Shown here piece by piece: positions 1-13,776 of a stretch of DNA of 64,000 nt (position 1 is the stretch's first letter; each line of letters opens with the position of its first letter). The notes under the pieces are model-generated. The model made no database searches, had not been told where the DNA came from, and saw nothing but the letters and a program-made list of their open reading frames with translations. The position numbers were made by a program, and so were the translations under genes. The DNA comes from Takakia lepidozioides (lineage: Eukaryota > Plantae > Bryophyta), in the NCBI GenBank assembly GCA_030704615.1, contig CM060733.1, positions 67,580,001 through 67,644,000 on the forward strand. Reading direction: 5' to 3'.

Positions 1-725
1 GGCAACAACAATAGAAAACCATTTGAATGGCATCATTTGCAGACCTGTCTCACCAATAGTCTTTTATTCTCAGGAGATTTACTTCACATCTTCCTTCTTG
101 ACAACAACTCCATGCAAGCTGTGCAGTAAGTAAAACCGATGCACCCATGTAGAAAGCGTCGAGAAACGCTTACTTTCTGGCACTAACGGTACCATGGAAA
201 TTTCAACAGATAGCCATTCTGGTAGTGCCTATGAGTTAAGCCTCCACATGATGAACGGTGGAGCAAATGAACTAGGAGGAAATCCAACTGCCTTCGACAG
301 TTCCTCTATAGTACTACAGCAGTCCCGAAGCTGGATGCTACCTGGTCCTCAGTGGGGGACAATCATGTAACCTATGTCTTGTCTAACTGCAGACTAGGCG
401 CTTCGTGAAGCTAAAGTGAGCACTGATCTCAATCAGCGGCCAATAAACAATGCTACCTCCTAGTGGGTGAAAGAGATCTGGACAACACAGAGGTGGTGCT
501 CATTATACCAAGCTAAGTACAATCACTTTTCTTTTGGAGATGGCTCCTTCCTCAGATACATCCTGTACTCTCTGATAGGAAGAGAAATACTGGGAGAGGA
601 CAAACTGTGCATATCTCAATACCTCTTGAACCTGTTACCGTTTCAATAACAAGACAGTAAAATATGATTAATACGGAATATGCACTAAGGAAATTTTTGT
701 AGTAATTTCATGATGGCTGCGGTAC

Positions 726-844
726 CTTAACATCAGTCCACCAGTAGGGATGGACTCCTCATAGATGTACGAATCTTCCGTTCATACTTGCCTTAGTTCA
801 GGGCAGAATTCACTTGCCTGAACTGGCTTCACAGGTTTGGCCAC
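726..844 (-). pseudogene. Degenerate duplicate of VIH exon 8 (pseudo-exon)
   Basis: Bounded by cag and gtacc. Reads VAKPVKPVQASEFCPELRQV*TEDSYIYEESIPTGG(frameshift)DVK, paralogous to exon 1603-1707. 119 nt, with an internal TGA. Confidence 0.8.
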
Positions 845-1602
845 CTGAAGTAAGGACAGAGTGGAAGAGCTTTAATCATAAGCAAATTGACGTTTGGGAG
901 ATCTAGCAGATCTAGCAGAATATCTCCAATTGAAATGCTGTAGGTGTTAAGAGATTCTGGAGTGCTGACTTCGGCAAAGGGCAGAGAGAGGAGGGACAAA
1001 CAGTATGTTTTCTAAATTCCTAGGTTTTGAGAAATGGAAGGGCTGCAGTATATAAGTAGGTTATATATGGATGATCTCCTTCCTAGCTACACCATTGTGA
1101 GGTGTAAACTTTAGACAATGACAGTTTCCTCCGCCTACAGTTTATTGGTCCGTGTCATAGATGAAGGTAACCTTGATAATGTGCTCAACACATGGACCTC
1201 ACTTCCACCCTATCGGCATCAAACTCGAGTATAGACAGCATTTTGGGAGAACAGCAAACTTCGAATTCAATGAGTCGGAGACAAATGGTGCTGGCCCATT
1301 TCCTCTGGATGTCGCACAAGAAGCTGATCTAATCTGGATTCCCAATGCCGCTGAGACATGCTCAGGCATTGTAAGCCTTCATTTGGGTTGGATAAATGAC
1401 AGTTGGGCTCTCCCTTAGGCTTACGCAACATACCATCCTCCATGTGCCCAAACCAGAAAAAGGCCACAATGAAGTACGCAACACCGACAGTCAGTATGAA
1501 GCACCTGGAACCACACACACATCAACTGATAGACGCCTCACCAACAGAAGCTGCAGTCTAGCAAGAAGGCCAAAGAAACATGTAAAGAAGTGTAGACTGA
1601 AC

Positions 1603-4600
1603 CTTCACATCAGTGCCTCCAGTGGGCATGAATTCCTCGTAAATGTATGACCCTTCTCTTCGCACCCTCCGGAGCTCTGGATGAAATTCACTAGACCGAT
1701 TACCTACCTATGCACCAGCAGCAAAGGCACCCATCTGTAACAGCTCTTGAGCAAAACATTCCAGCATGGTCTGTCTCTCATTCTATAATTGCCTTCTTCT
1801 GCATTATTTTCATAAATGCTGTCCCCAGTCAATCCTGCCCCATCAAACTGGGCACTGGGTAATTGGCCAGAATCGTTTGCCAAGCATGGACTTCAGTACA
1901 AATCTATTTTCTATGCCATTTCTGATGACCAGTTGCTGCATAGAGTAAATCTTCAATGATCTCAAGAGTGAGGTCAGACCTTCTGACAAGCCATAATTGC
2001 TAGACATATCAACTGATGCCTTCTGTCAGAAGGAAATGGATATATTTCACACTTACCTTTCGAAAAAGCTCCTTCATACCACCACCAGCAGAACTTGGGT
2101 AATATATCATCACACTGTGGTTATCCCCTGGGCACCAGCCAAAAATACAGAAGACAAAGCTTGACTCTACACGTCTCCGTTCCACAGCGCTTAAAGCACC
2201 TTTTCCATTAATATGCCATTCATCAAAAACCAGAACATATCGCATGAAAGGCACGGAGTTACATATATAATCCAAGACAGAAGTGGTAACGGATGAATCA
2301 GGCCAGCTTCTTTGGCAGCTGATTCCATGTCTTTTAGGTTTCTGTTGGTCTTCTGCGGAACGATTTGCCCCCAACCATTTTCCTCTGCTTGTGATGGTTT
2401 TCACATCAAAGTGGTTCTTCGAGACCAAAGTATAAAGGAGAACCGACTTTGCAGAAAGAAGACAAGAGCCATCCAGTTCAGCCTACGTTCAGAAGGGAAT
2501 ACTGAAGTCTCAACATTGATCATAGAAGTCCAGTATGGACGTGTCCGGCAAACAATCCAGAAAAGGCTATCTACAGCTCAGACGGTGCTGTGATCTTGCT
2601 GTAAGCAAAAACCAAAAAGAAAGAGTGGTAGATGGAAGACATGGAAAGAAGGACAAAAATAGAAATGAGACACCTCTTTTGTCAACAAACACTGTCGAAG
2701 CAGGGATCTCACTTGGCTGCTTAATCAAGTACTAGGTTTGGAAGTATGGCAGTAAAATGAAAGGTTACCATCCACAGGCTTCTCCACAAATGGTTTCATA
2801 ATGCGCTTGCCGTGAACCTCCACATAGTCTTCTTCCTCCACAAAATAATCCAAATCTTGGTCGGGGAAATCACGGTTCACAAGTGCATAAGTGGGGATAG
2901 GAATTCCGTACTCCTCCAACCGCTGCAAACCAAGGAGCTATAGAGATGAACCCTACATATTCTTAGAATTTCGTATGTTGATACAAGCAGGTTGAGCACC
3001 TTCTTTATACTCCTTTGAATAGTCAAAGGCCTTATAGATATCAAGTATAGTAGAACTCAATGTTTTTCGCAGGTCCATGTTAAACTCTGACCTATAGAAG
3101 AAAATTGTGACAACCACTTTCTGGATATGGAAAACCAATTGCGAAAGTAGCAGGTGTTTGAAGATACACACAGCGTAAACTTTGCGACGATCGTGAAGAA
3201 GGTGTTGCGTTTTCAACTCATTCACCAAGTATGGTCTGCATTGAACCCACAAAATATATCTGGGTTTCTTTCTTTGCTCAATCAAAGTCAGCCAAACAGA
3301 GACCACATGACTGCATCTCTCTAGCAAAGACTGTAATTTGGTAGAACTCTGAGTGAGATGGTCCAATTTGGGCCCGACACATGAGTCAAGAGACAATCTA
3401 CCCACTTTTAAGCCATAAAATATGTGTGCTAACCCATCCTTGCTGCTTAGAAAAAACAAAATTGATATGATGTAGAACACAATCAAAGCCAAAACCCCCA
3501 AATTTGACATAGTCGCCCAATTCCATGCAGGATCCTCACCATGGTGGCCACAATATCTTATGGCTGCTCAATGCCCGTGTTCGTTGGGTGGTGCACTAAC
3601 TACTCACCTTCCCACCATCCTACCTGGAAATGAAATGAAATGGTACTTATACCATCCACAAGTGAAGAGAGCTTATGGGACGAGGAAGAAATGAAATGAA
3701 ATGGTACTTTATAACGAGGAAGAAAGAAACAAAAAAAAGATTGTACTCATAAGACGTTGTTTTCCGTAGCCTTGTGGCCATTGACCCCGCGCCCAGTTTG
3801 AGCGGGAACAAAAGGGACAGAACCTACCTCTGTCAGGGGCTGACGTTGGTAGTAAGACTTACCTCCATATAAAGAATTAATCCGGGTTTTCCAGATATCC
3901 TCTAGAAATCCCTTCACACAAGCATCAATCTGCTGTGTGTGATTTGCCCAAAAACTAGGCCTCAGGAGGGCCTGGGCTTTTGGCTCAGCCTCGAGACTTT
4001 CAAAGTTGGTAAACAGGGAGGATACTACAACCTCTAAGTCAGATTTATCCAGCAGGGTCAAGACTTGCGGATCCAGGTCCAGGTCCTTGAGGATCTCTTC
4101 TACTCTCTTCTGCCAGGACTTAGCCTGTTTGACAGGGCGATCCTGTTTCCAAGATATAGAGTCGATTAATTTAGGATATCTGGTGTTGGGCATATGTTGC
4201 AGCTGACCCCACCATCTGACCTTGAATTCATCTCGTTGGGAGCTTAAGGACTCTAGATTCCAGATCAACCTCGAGACGAGTACTTATAACTCTGCAAAAT
4301 ATCTTGCCAACAGCATTGAGGAGCGTGATGCCACGATAGTTCCCTGATTCTTCTCTGTCACACTTCTTGTATAGATTGACAATGACCCCCTGTCGCCAGC
4401 GGAAGGGGATCATTTCAGTCTTCCAGATAAGGTTAAAGAGGAGAACTAGGGCCTCTATCATGGGATCGCCACCGTGCTTGATAAGCTCGTTGACTATGCC
4501 ATCAGGTCCACCAGCTTTATATCCATTTAAATGTTCAATTGCTTCCACAATCTCAGAAGAACTAATGGGAGCATTATAAGCCATTGAAATATACTCCAGT

Positions 4601-7600
4601 TCATCAGGGCTGTTTTGAATCATAGGAACAGTTTTTCCAACTGTGTCCCTCCATTCAGCAGAAGACCCCTCACTGTTAGACCTAGAAGTTCTGCCAAGGA
4701 TACTGTAGTGAGTTTCAAAGGTTTTGACAATGTCAACCGATGAAGTCACCACTGCACCTTTAGTAGTCTTCAGCGCTTGTACTTGCTGACTGTTTTTCGG
4801 CTTGTACAAACGTTGAAGGGCCAACCAGAATTTCTTGTCATTACCACCATGGTGGTTTGAGTTTATGTCACTGTATAACTTGTCCCAGTATAATTTCTTC
4901 TGAGACCTAACAAGCTGATTGATATCTTTACGGAGCTGGTAGTACCTCGCCCACAATTCTCTGTTGGTTTCCAAATTGCAGCACTCTTTACAGAGGGCTC
5001 GTCTCTCAGCTATCTTGAGTTTAATCTCATTAGTCCACCAATTAACTGCTCTACCGCAGACAATTAGTTTCCTCCCAATGATCTTGTCAGCCACAGAGGA
5101 CACGAAACTCTCCCAAGAGTCCACTGCTCTTGGAGCGATTGGACAAAATGAGAGAGAGCCTCTTGCAAGGCCTGGACGTACTCAGCCTTGACCTCCTCAT
5201 TGTGGAATTTTTCTATGCGCCACTTCCGAATCGAACGGTTCACAGATCTCTTGGTGGTGGGAAAACACCTTTTGATCTCAGTCCAAACCAGGAAGTGGTC
5301 AGAGGTACCAATATCAGTTCTGTCGATCAACACATTGGCACACTGGGGGAACAAAATTTTGTCCATTATGATTTAGTCCACAATGGAACGTTCCCCAGTT
5401 TGGGGTTTCTCACGAGTCCACTGCACTTGATCACCTCTTGTCCTGTTATTCAAGGTCAAAAGCTGAAGCTCTTCTAGACAGTTAATTAACCGTCTGCCAT
5501 TAGAATTCAGCTCGTCCTCACCAAAAGGTCCAATGATATCGTCCTGATGGATCCCTTTGTCCACCCGGGCATTGAAGTCCCCCAATAGTACCACCTGACC
5601 TTTGGCAAGGAACGAAGCACAGTCCAGCTTTACATCTTCGAAGGCCTTGTCTGCGTCAGCACTAAGGGTCCCCTCTGTGGGCATGTAAACACAACCAACA
5701 AAGAGGTCCTTTGTACTCATGCCGCCCTTCAAATTCAGTTTTAGCCAGATACTATGCTCGTACCTCAAACCCTTGTTGATAATTTCACAATTGTCAAACA
5801 AGAAATCACGGACAAAGAATCCGACCCCTTTTTGACCGCGTTTGGCAGAGGCTGCCTTGAGAGTACACATCTTACCTGCCCATTTATAACCAATGACATC
5901 TCCAACCAGTTTATCCGACGTTTCCCATGTTTCTTGCCCAGCACAGATATGAATATCATTAGTCCGAAGAACTTGTCCCACTTCAAGTTGTTTCCTTTGG
6001 TTGGTCAACCCTGAGAAGTTGAAAGTGGCCAGCCGCAAGCCAGCCCTTTGCGTGTGAATTGTTTGTCGTCTAGGTAGATTGCTCCTGGACGGCCAACCAT
6101 TCTGCAAAGGGGGGACAGTTACCCCATGTGTAGATTTTGGTCGTCTTGTGTAAACTTTGAGAATTGGTAAACCATTCAGGGTACCAAATCTTTCAGTTAC
6201 ACGACGCACAGGCTCCGCACACATAGGGGCAGGTTGTCCGTCAGACTGCTTGGGGACAATTACCCCGTGTATAGATTTTGCTCGTCTTGTGTAGACTTTG
6301 AGGATTGGTAAACCATTTAGAGTACCAAATCCTTCAGTTACACGACGTTCAGGCTCTGCACACTTAGGGACAGATTGTCCATCTGACGGCTTGGGGACAA
6401 TTACCCCGTGTATAGAATTTGTTCGTCTTGTGTAAACCTTGAGGATTGGTAAGCCATTCAGAGTACCAAATCCTTCAGATTCAGGACGTTCAGGTTCCGT
6501 ACACTTAGGGGCATCTTGTCCTTCTGGCTGTTTGGATTCAACCTCATCCAGAGCATCAAACCGATTAGAAACTCTCAAGTTGAAGTTGTTGCCCTTGGTT
6601 GTCTTCCTAGAGCGCCCCATTGAATCACCAATGTCTAAGACCGCTCTCCAGCCAGTCAAGGGACGAACTTCTTTGAGATTGAATTGATGCGGGACTCTAT
6701 TAGAAGCACTTTTGGTCATTGCAACCTTCAACGTACCCCTGTTATCAAGTCTCGAGATGGTACCATTAGCCATGAAATCCAAGCCTAAGCTAGAGCATAT
6801 AGTTTTAAAGGACACATCATCCATCCTGGGATTCACCCCAAAAACTACACATGAAGCCCTAGATTTGGCATAAGTAACCAATTCCCAGGGATCACCCTGA
6901 GGAGTGTTGATGTTGATAGGAGCTAAATTTTTTATTGTTTTCGCAGGCCATAAGTTTAAGCACAGGAACCAACCCGAGCCCAAGTGCCGAGTATGCTAGA
7001 CAGAGCATACGACTGCCCAATTTGGGCGGAGGGGCTGCCCCCAAGCGGTAGGAGTCCGCTTGTTACCATTCAGAGATCACACTCCAGGGAGTTGCAGGGA
7101 ATGGCCCGTGTAGGCATATTCTAAAGAGGGAAAGGCCCCAAGCTTTCCAACTAAATCCAATGCACTACCTTACCTGAAGCAAAGCGCTTCAGGTCGAAAC
7201 AAACAAGGACACGAGGTCACAAGGCCGGCATTTAGTTCACAGAGACATTAATGTACTCCCGTTTCAAGTCCACCCAATGTCAATAGGCTTCCTAGAGGAC
7301 AGGGAGAAAAAGAGAGGGGCCACAAGCAGCCCAAAAGCAACTAATTCCCAAGGGATTGTCTAAGAGTCAACACTAAACAGACATGCACACACACAGACAG
7401 AGACAGAGGGAGAGAGAATGTCCTCATGAGGCATTGTTTGCCGTAGCCTTATCCCACGCCCAGTTTGGGCAGAACAAGAGGGAACAGACACTACCTTTGT
7501 GACGGGCTCACTCCAGTACTGGGACTTACCTCAGTTTAAACGATTAGTTCGGGCTTTCCAGATTTCCTCTAGAAAGCCCTTCACACAAGCATCACTCTGC

Positions 7601-10600
7601 TGTGTGTGAGCTGCCCAGCCATTAGACCCCAACAGAGCCTGACTTTAGCTCAGCCTCAAGATTTTCAATGTTAGTAAAGATGGGTGCAGGGACTAAGTTC
7701 TTGATGGTCCTCAAGAGGGTCGCTCTCTGGTGAGAATACCCGGACTAGAAACTGAAGAACACTTCTTCTTTTATTGCCCTCTGTATTATGGGATCTGTGG
7801 GAGATTCCAATGTCTACTCCGTGGAACTCAATCTCACACTGAAGTCTTCCATTATGAGGATCAAGAATGCTTGGCTGCTTACCTGCACGAGGCCTTGACC
7901 CTTAGACAATCCCTTGAGCAGTAGTTTCTTTTGGGCTGTTTTTTGGCTCTGGTTTTGTTTCCTCTCTCTTGTTTTTTCCCATTTTGCCCCATAAGCTCTT
8001 TGAGCTTTCCGCGGACATTATTTAAAGTACCATTTCATTTCATTGTATCAGAAAAAGGATATTGTCTTTAGGCCACCCCCACATCGGGCATTGACAATCT
8101 CCTTTCCTCTCTGCTTCTATTTACTGTTCAAAGGTAAACTCCCTGCCCTGTAGTTCAGCCTTGTGAAAGGGAGAGAGCCGGAGAGAGAATATCATAAGAC
8201 GTTGTTTGCAGTAGCCTTGTGGCCATTGACCGAGCGCCCAGTTTGAGCGGAACACGAGGGACAGAAACTACTTTTGTCAGGGGCTGACGCCGGTAGTAAA
8301 ACTTGCCTTGAAACAGACAATTGGTCTGAGTTTTCCAGATATCCTCTAGAAATGGAGAGAGACTGTACTCATAAGATGTTGTTTGCCGTAGACTTGTGGC
8401 CATTGACCCCGCGCCCAGTTTGAGCAGAACACAAAGGGACAGAAACTACCTTTGTCAGGGGCTGACGCCGGTAGTATGACTTACCTTGGAACAGAAAATT
8501 GATATCCTCTAGAAATCCCTTTACACAAGCATCAATCTGCTGTGTGTGATTTGCCCAATAACTAGGCCCCAAAAGGGCTTGGGCTTTTGGCTCAGCCTCG
8601 AGATTTTCGAAGTTGGTAAACAGAGGTACAAGAACAAATCCCGTGATGGATATGAAGAGGGCATCTCTCTGGTGAGAGTACCCAGGACAATGAATCAGAA
8701 AGTGAATATTGTCTTCAGGTTGCACACACAATGGGCATTTGCAATCCCCCATTCCTCTCTGCATCTGTTTGCTGTTCAAAGGTAGGCTTCTGCCCTGAGT
8801 TTAAATTACTCATAAGACGTTGTTTGCCGTAGCCTTGTGGCCATTGACCCCGCGCCCAGTTTGAGCGGAACACAAAGGGATGGAACCTACCTTTGTCAGG
8901 GGCCGACGCCGCTAGTAAGACTTAACTTGGAATAAACAATTGATCCGGGTTTTCCAGATATCCTCTAGAAATCCCTTTACACAAGCATCAACCTGCTCTG
9001 TGTGGTTTGCCCAATAACTAGGCCCCAAAAGGGCCTGGGCTTTTGGCTCAGCCTCGAGACATTCAAAGTTGGTAAACAGAGGTACAGGCACAATTCCCTG
9101 ATAGATTTGAGGAGAGCGTCTCTCTGGTGAGAGAACCCCGGACAATGAATCAGAAAATGAATATTGTCTTCAGGTGACCCACACAACGGGCAACTGCACT
9201 CTCCCTTTCCTCTCTGCTTTTGTTTGCTGTTCAAAGGTAGGCTTCCCACCCTGAGTTTAAATTTCAGTCTAGTGCCGAGAGTGGGTAGACCCTTGAGGTC
9301 ATCCATGATGTCCTCCCCCATGTCACAGACTGGAAACAAGTTCAGGGAAATTTTCTGCCTAACTTCATTTTCATCAGACAATTTCCTGGCAACAGACATG
9401 GCTTTGGACACTACAGCCTCCACGTCAGACTTATCCAGGAGGGGGCTAAGATTCAGATCCTTGAGAATCTATTCTACTCTCTTCCGCCAGGACTTAGCCT
9501 GTTTGACAGGGTGATCCTGCTTCCAAGCTATAAAGTCGATTAACTTAGGATATCTGGTGTTGGACATATGTTGCAGCTGACCCCACCATCTGACCTTGAA
9601 TTCATCGTCGGGAGCTAAGGAAGGGATGCCAAACTCACCCCGAACAGCCACATTGGCTGTTTTGGAGCATGCTGACATGCACTTCTTAAGCACCCCCACT
9701 TGAATGGATTCTAGAGACTTAGTCTGGTTGGAGTTATCAACCCATATTTGCAGATGCGTACTCCAAGGTAGGTCTAATAACGCGACAAAGCATGGTTTTC
9801 TTGACCTCAGAGTTGATCCCTCTGCAGTGTAAAAATTTAGTGAGACCCAGCGCTTTGTGCTTGCCAGTTTGAACAACTTTCTGAATATGTGCATCCCAAT
9901 TACAGTGGGAGGAAAACTCAACGCCGAGGTATGTGTAGGAAGGGAGGACCGGAATCTATTGGCTTCCCCACTGCCACTTGAGATCACCTCCTCCCTCTCC
10001 TCGGTCGTCGAATGCCACCACTGCACATTTACTGACGTTAGCCTCTAGCCCCCAGAGGTCAAAGTATCTCTTCGCGCAATCAATCAACTCCTGGAGATTG
10101 GAAGGAGTCTCCCCTATGCCTGCGAAGTCATCCGCAAACATAAGGGCTGGTATGGTGGCATCACCCACCCTTAACCCAAATCCCTCACTTTCCACATCCT
10201 CGAGGAATTGATTGATGAAAACATTGAAGAGCAGGGGGGAGAGGGTACATCCTTGAGCTACACCTTGGTCTATGTCAAAGAAGTTAGACCTCTGTCTATT
10301 AACAGTGACACAACTTTTGGTGTGAGCATACAAGTTATGGACAACTCTCCACATCTTTCCCTTGATCCCACATGACCAGAGTCGGAGCCACAGACCGTCT
10401 CTCGACACTGTGTCATAAGCCTTTTTGACATCCAAGAAAAATACAAAAGTGGGTTTCCCTTCTTTTTTCCTTCCCTGGATAATCTGGCTTAGAGTGAAGA
10501 TATGGTCCACACAGCCCCTGTTTCGCCGGAAGAGAGAATGTACTCACGTTGTTGGCCGTAGCCTTGTGGCCATCGACCCCGCGCTCAGTTTGAGCGGAAC

Positions 10601-13600
10601 ACAAAGGGACAGAACCTACCTCTCTCAGGGGCTGACGTTGGTAGTAAGACTTACCTTGGTATAAGACATTGATCCGGGTTTTCCAGATATCCTCTAGAAA
10701 TTCCTTCACACACGCATCAATCTGCTGTGTGTGGTTTGCCCAGTAACTAGGCCCCAGAAGGGCCTGGGCTTTTGGCTCAGCCTCGACATTCAAAGTTGGT
10801 AAACAGAGGAACAGGCACAATTCCCTTGATAGATTTGAGGAGAGCGTCTCTCTGGTGAGAGAACCCCGGACAATGAATCAGGAAATGAATATCGTCTTCA
10901 GGTTGCCCACACAACGGGCAATTGCACTCTCCCTTTCCTCTCTGCTTCTGTTTGCTGTTCAAAGGTAGGCTTCCTGCCCTGAGTTTAAATTTCAGTCTAG
11001 TGCCGAGAGTGGGTAGCCCCTTGAGGTCATCCATGATGTCCTCCCCCATGTCACAGACTGGAAACAAGTTCAGGGAAGTTTCTGCCTAACTTCATTTTCA
11101 TCAGACAATTTCATGGCAACAGACTCCAAGGCAGGTCTAATAACGCGACAAAGCATGGTTTTCTTAACCTCAGAGTTGATCCCTCTGCAGTGGAAAAATT
11201 TAGTGAGACCCAGAGCTTTGCCCTTGCCAGTTTGAACAACTTTTCAGATATGTGCATCCCAGTTACAGTTGGAAGGAAAACTCAACACCCAGGTATGTGT
11301 AGGAAGGGAGGACCAGAATCTCTTGGCTAACCCACTGCCACTTGAGATCACTTCCTCCCTCTCCTCTGTCATTGAATGCCACCACTGCACATTTGCTGAC
11401 GTTAGCCTCTAGCCCCCAGAGGTCAAAGTATCTCTTTGCGCAATCAATCAACTCCTGGAGATTGGAAGGAGTCTCCCCTATGCCTGCGAAGTCATCCGCA
11501 AACATAAGGGCTGGTATGGTGGCATCACCCACCCTTAACCCAAATCCCTCACTTTCCACATCCTCAAGGAGTTGATTGATGAAAACATTGAAGAGCAGAG
11601 GGGAGAGGGTACATCCTTGAGCTACAACTTGGTCTATCTCAAAGAAGTTGGACTTCTGTCCATTAACAGTGACACAGCTTTAGGTGTGAGCATACAAGTT
11701 AGGGACAACTCTCCACATCTTTCCCTTGATCCCACAAGACCAGAGGCGGAGCCATAGACTATCTCTCCACACTGTGTCATAAGCCTTTTTGAAATCCAAG
11801 AGAAAAACATAAGTGGGTTTCCCCTCTTTTTTCCTTCCCTCAATAATCTGGCTTAGAGTGAAGATATGATCCACATAGCCCCTGTTTTGACGAAAGCCAG
11901 CTTGGCCTTCGTGGAAACAACCTCTAGATTCCAGATCAACCTCGAGACGAGTACTTATAACTCTGCAAAATATCTTGCCAACAGCATTGAGGAGCGTGAT
12001 GCCACGATAGTTCCCCGATTCTTCTCTGTCACACTTCTTGTATAGATTGACAATGACCCCCTGTCGCCAGCGGAAGGGGATCATTTCAGTCTTCCAGATA
12101 AGGTTAAAGAGGAGAACTAGGGCCTCTATCATGGGATCGCCACCGTGCTCGATAAGCTCGTTGACTATGCCATCAGGTCCACCAGCTTTATATCCATTTA
12201 AATGTTCAATTGCTTCCACAATCTCAGAAGAACTAATGGGAGCGTTGTAAGCCTTTGAAATATACTCCAGTTCATCAGGGCTGTTTTGAATCATAGGACC
12301 AGTTTTTCCAACTGTGTCCTTCATTCATCAGAGGACCCCTCAAGGATACTGTAGTGGGTTTCAAAGGTTTTGACAATGTCCACCGTTGAAGTCACCACTG
12401 CACCCTTAGTAGTCTTCAGCGCTTGTACTTGCTGACAGTCTTTCGGCTTGTACAAACGTTGAAGGGCCAACCAGAATCTCTTGTCATTACCACCATGGTG
12501 GTTTGGGTTTATTTCACTGGAAGAGAGATTGTACTCATAAGACGTTGTTTGCCGTAGCCTTGTGGCCATTGACCCCGCGCCCAGTTTGAGCAGGAACAAA
12601 AGGGACAGAACCTACCTCTGTCAGGGGCTGACGTTGGTAGTAAGACTTACCTTCATATATAAAATTAATCCGGGTTTTCCAGATATCCTCTAGAAATCCC
12701 TTCACACAAGCATCAATCTGCTGTGTGTGATTTGCCCAAAAACTAGGCCTCAGGAGGGCCTGGGCTTTTGGCTCAGCCTCGAGACTTTCAAAGTTGGTAA
12801 ACAGGGGTACAGGCACAATTCCCTTGATAGATTTGAAGAGAGCGTCTCTTTGGTGAGAGAACCCCGGACAGTGTATCAGAAAATGAATACTGTCTTCAGA
12901 TTGCCCACACAACGGGCAATTGCACTCTCCCTTTCCTCTCTGCTTCTATTTGCTGTTCAAAGGTAGGCTTCCTGCCCTGAGTTTAAATTTCAGTCTAGTG
13001 CCGAGAGTGGGTAGACCCTTGAGGTCATCCAAGATGTCCTCCCCCATGTCACTGACTGGAAACAAGTTCAGGGAAGTTTTCTGCCTAACTTCATTTTCAT
13101 CAGACAATCTCATGGCAACAGACATGGCTGAGGACACTACAGCCTCTAAGTCAGATTTATCCAGCAGGGTCAAGACTTGCGGATCCAGGTCCAGGTCCTT
13201 GAGGATCTCTTCTACTCTCTTCTGCCAGGACTTAGCCTGTTTGACAGGGCGGTCCTGTTTCCAAGATATAGAGTCGATTAACTTAGGATATCTGGTGATG
13301 GGCATATGTTGCAGCTGACCCCACCATCTGACCTTGAATTCATCTCATCGGGAGCTAAAGGACGGAATGCCAAACTCACCCCGAACAGTCACATTGGCTG
13401 TTTTGGAGCATGCTGACATACACTCCTTAAGCACCCCCACTTGAATGGATTCTAGAGACTTAGCCTGGTTGGAGTTATCAACCCATATAGCAGATCCGTA
13501 CTCCAAGGCAGGTCTAATAACGCGACAAAGCATGGTTTTCTTAACCTCAGAGTTGACCCCTCTGCAGTGGAAAAATTTAGTGAGCCCCAGAGCTTTGCCC

Positions 13601-13731
13601 TTGCCAGTTTGAACAACTTTCCGGATATGTGCATCCCAATTACAATTAGAGGAAAACTCAACGGCCAGGTAAGTGCAGGAAGGGAGGGCTGGGATCTCTT
13701 GGCTACCCCACTGCCACTTAAGATCACTTCC

Positions 13732-13776
<45 letters not shown>

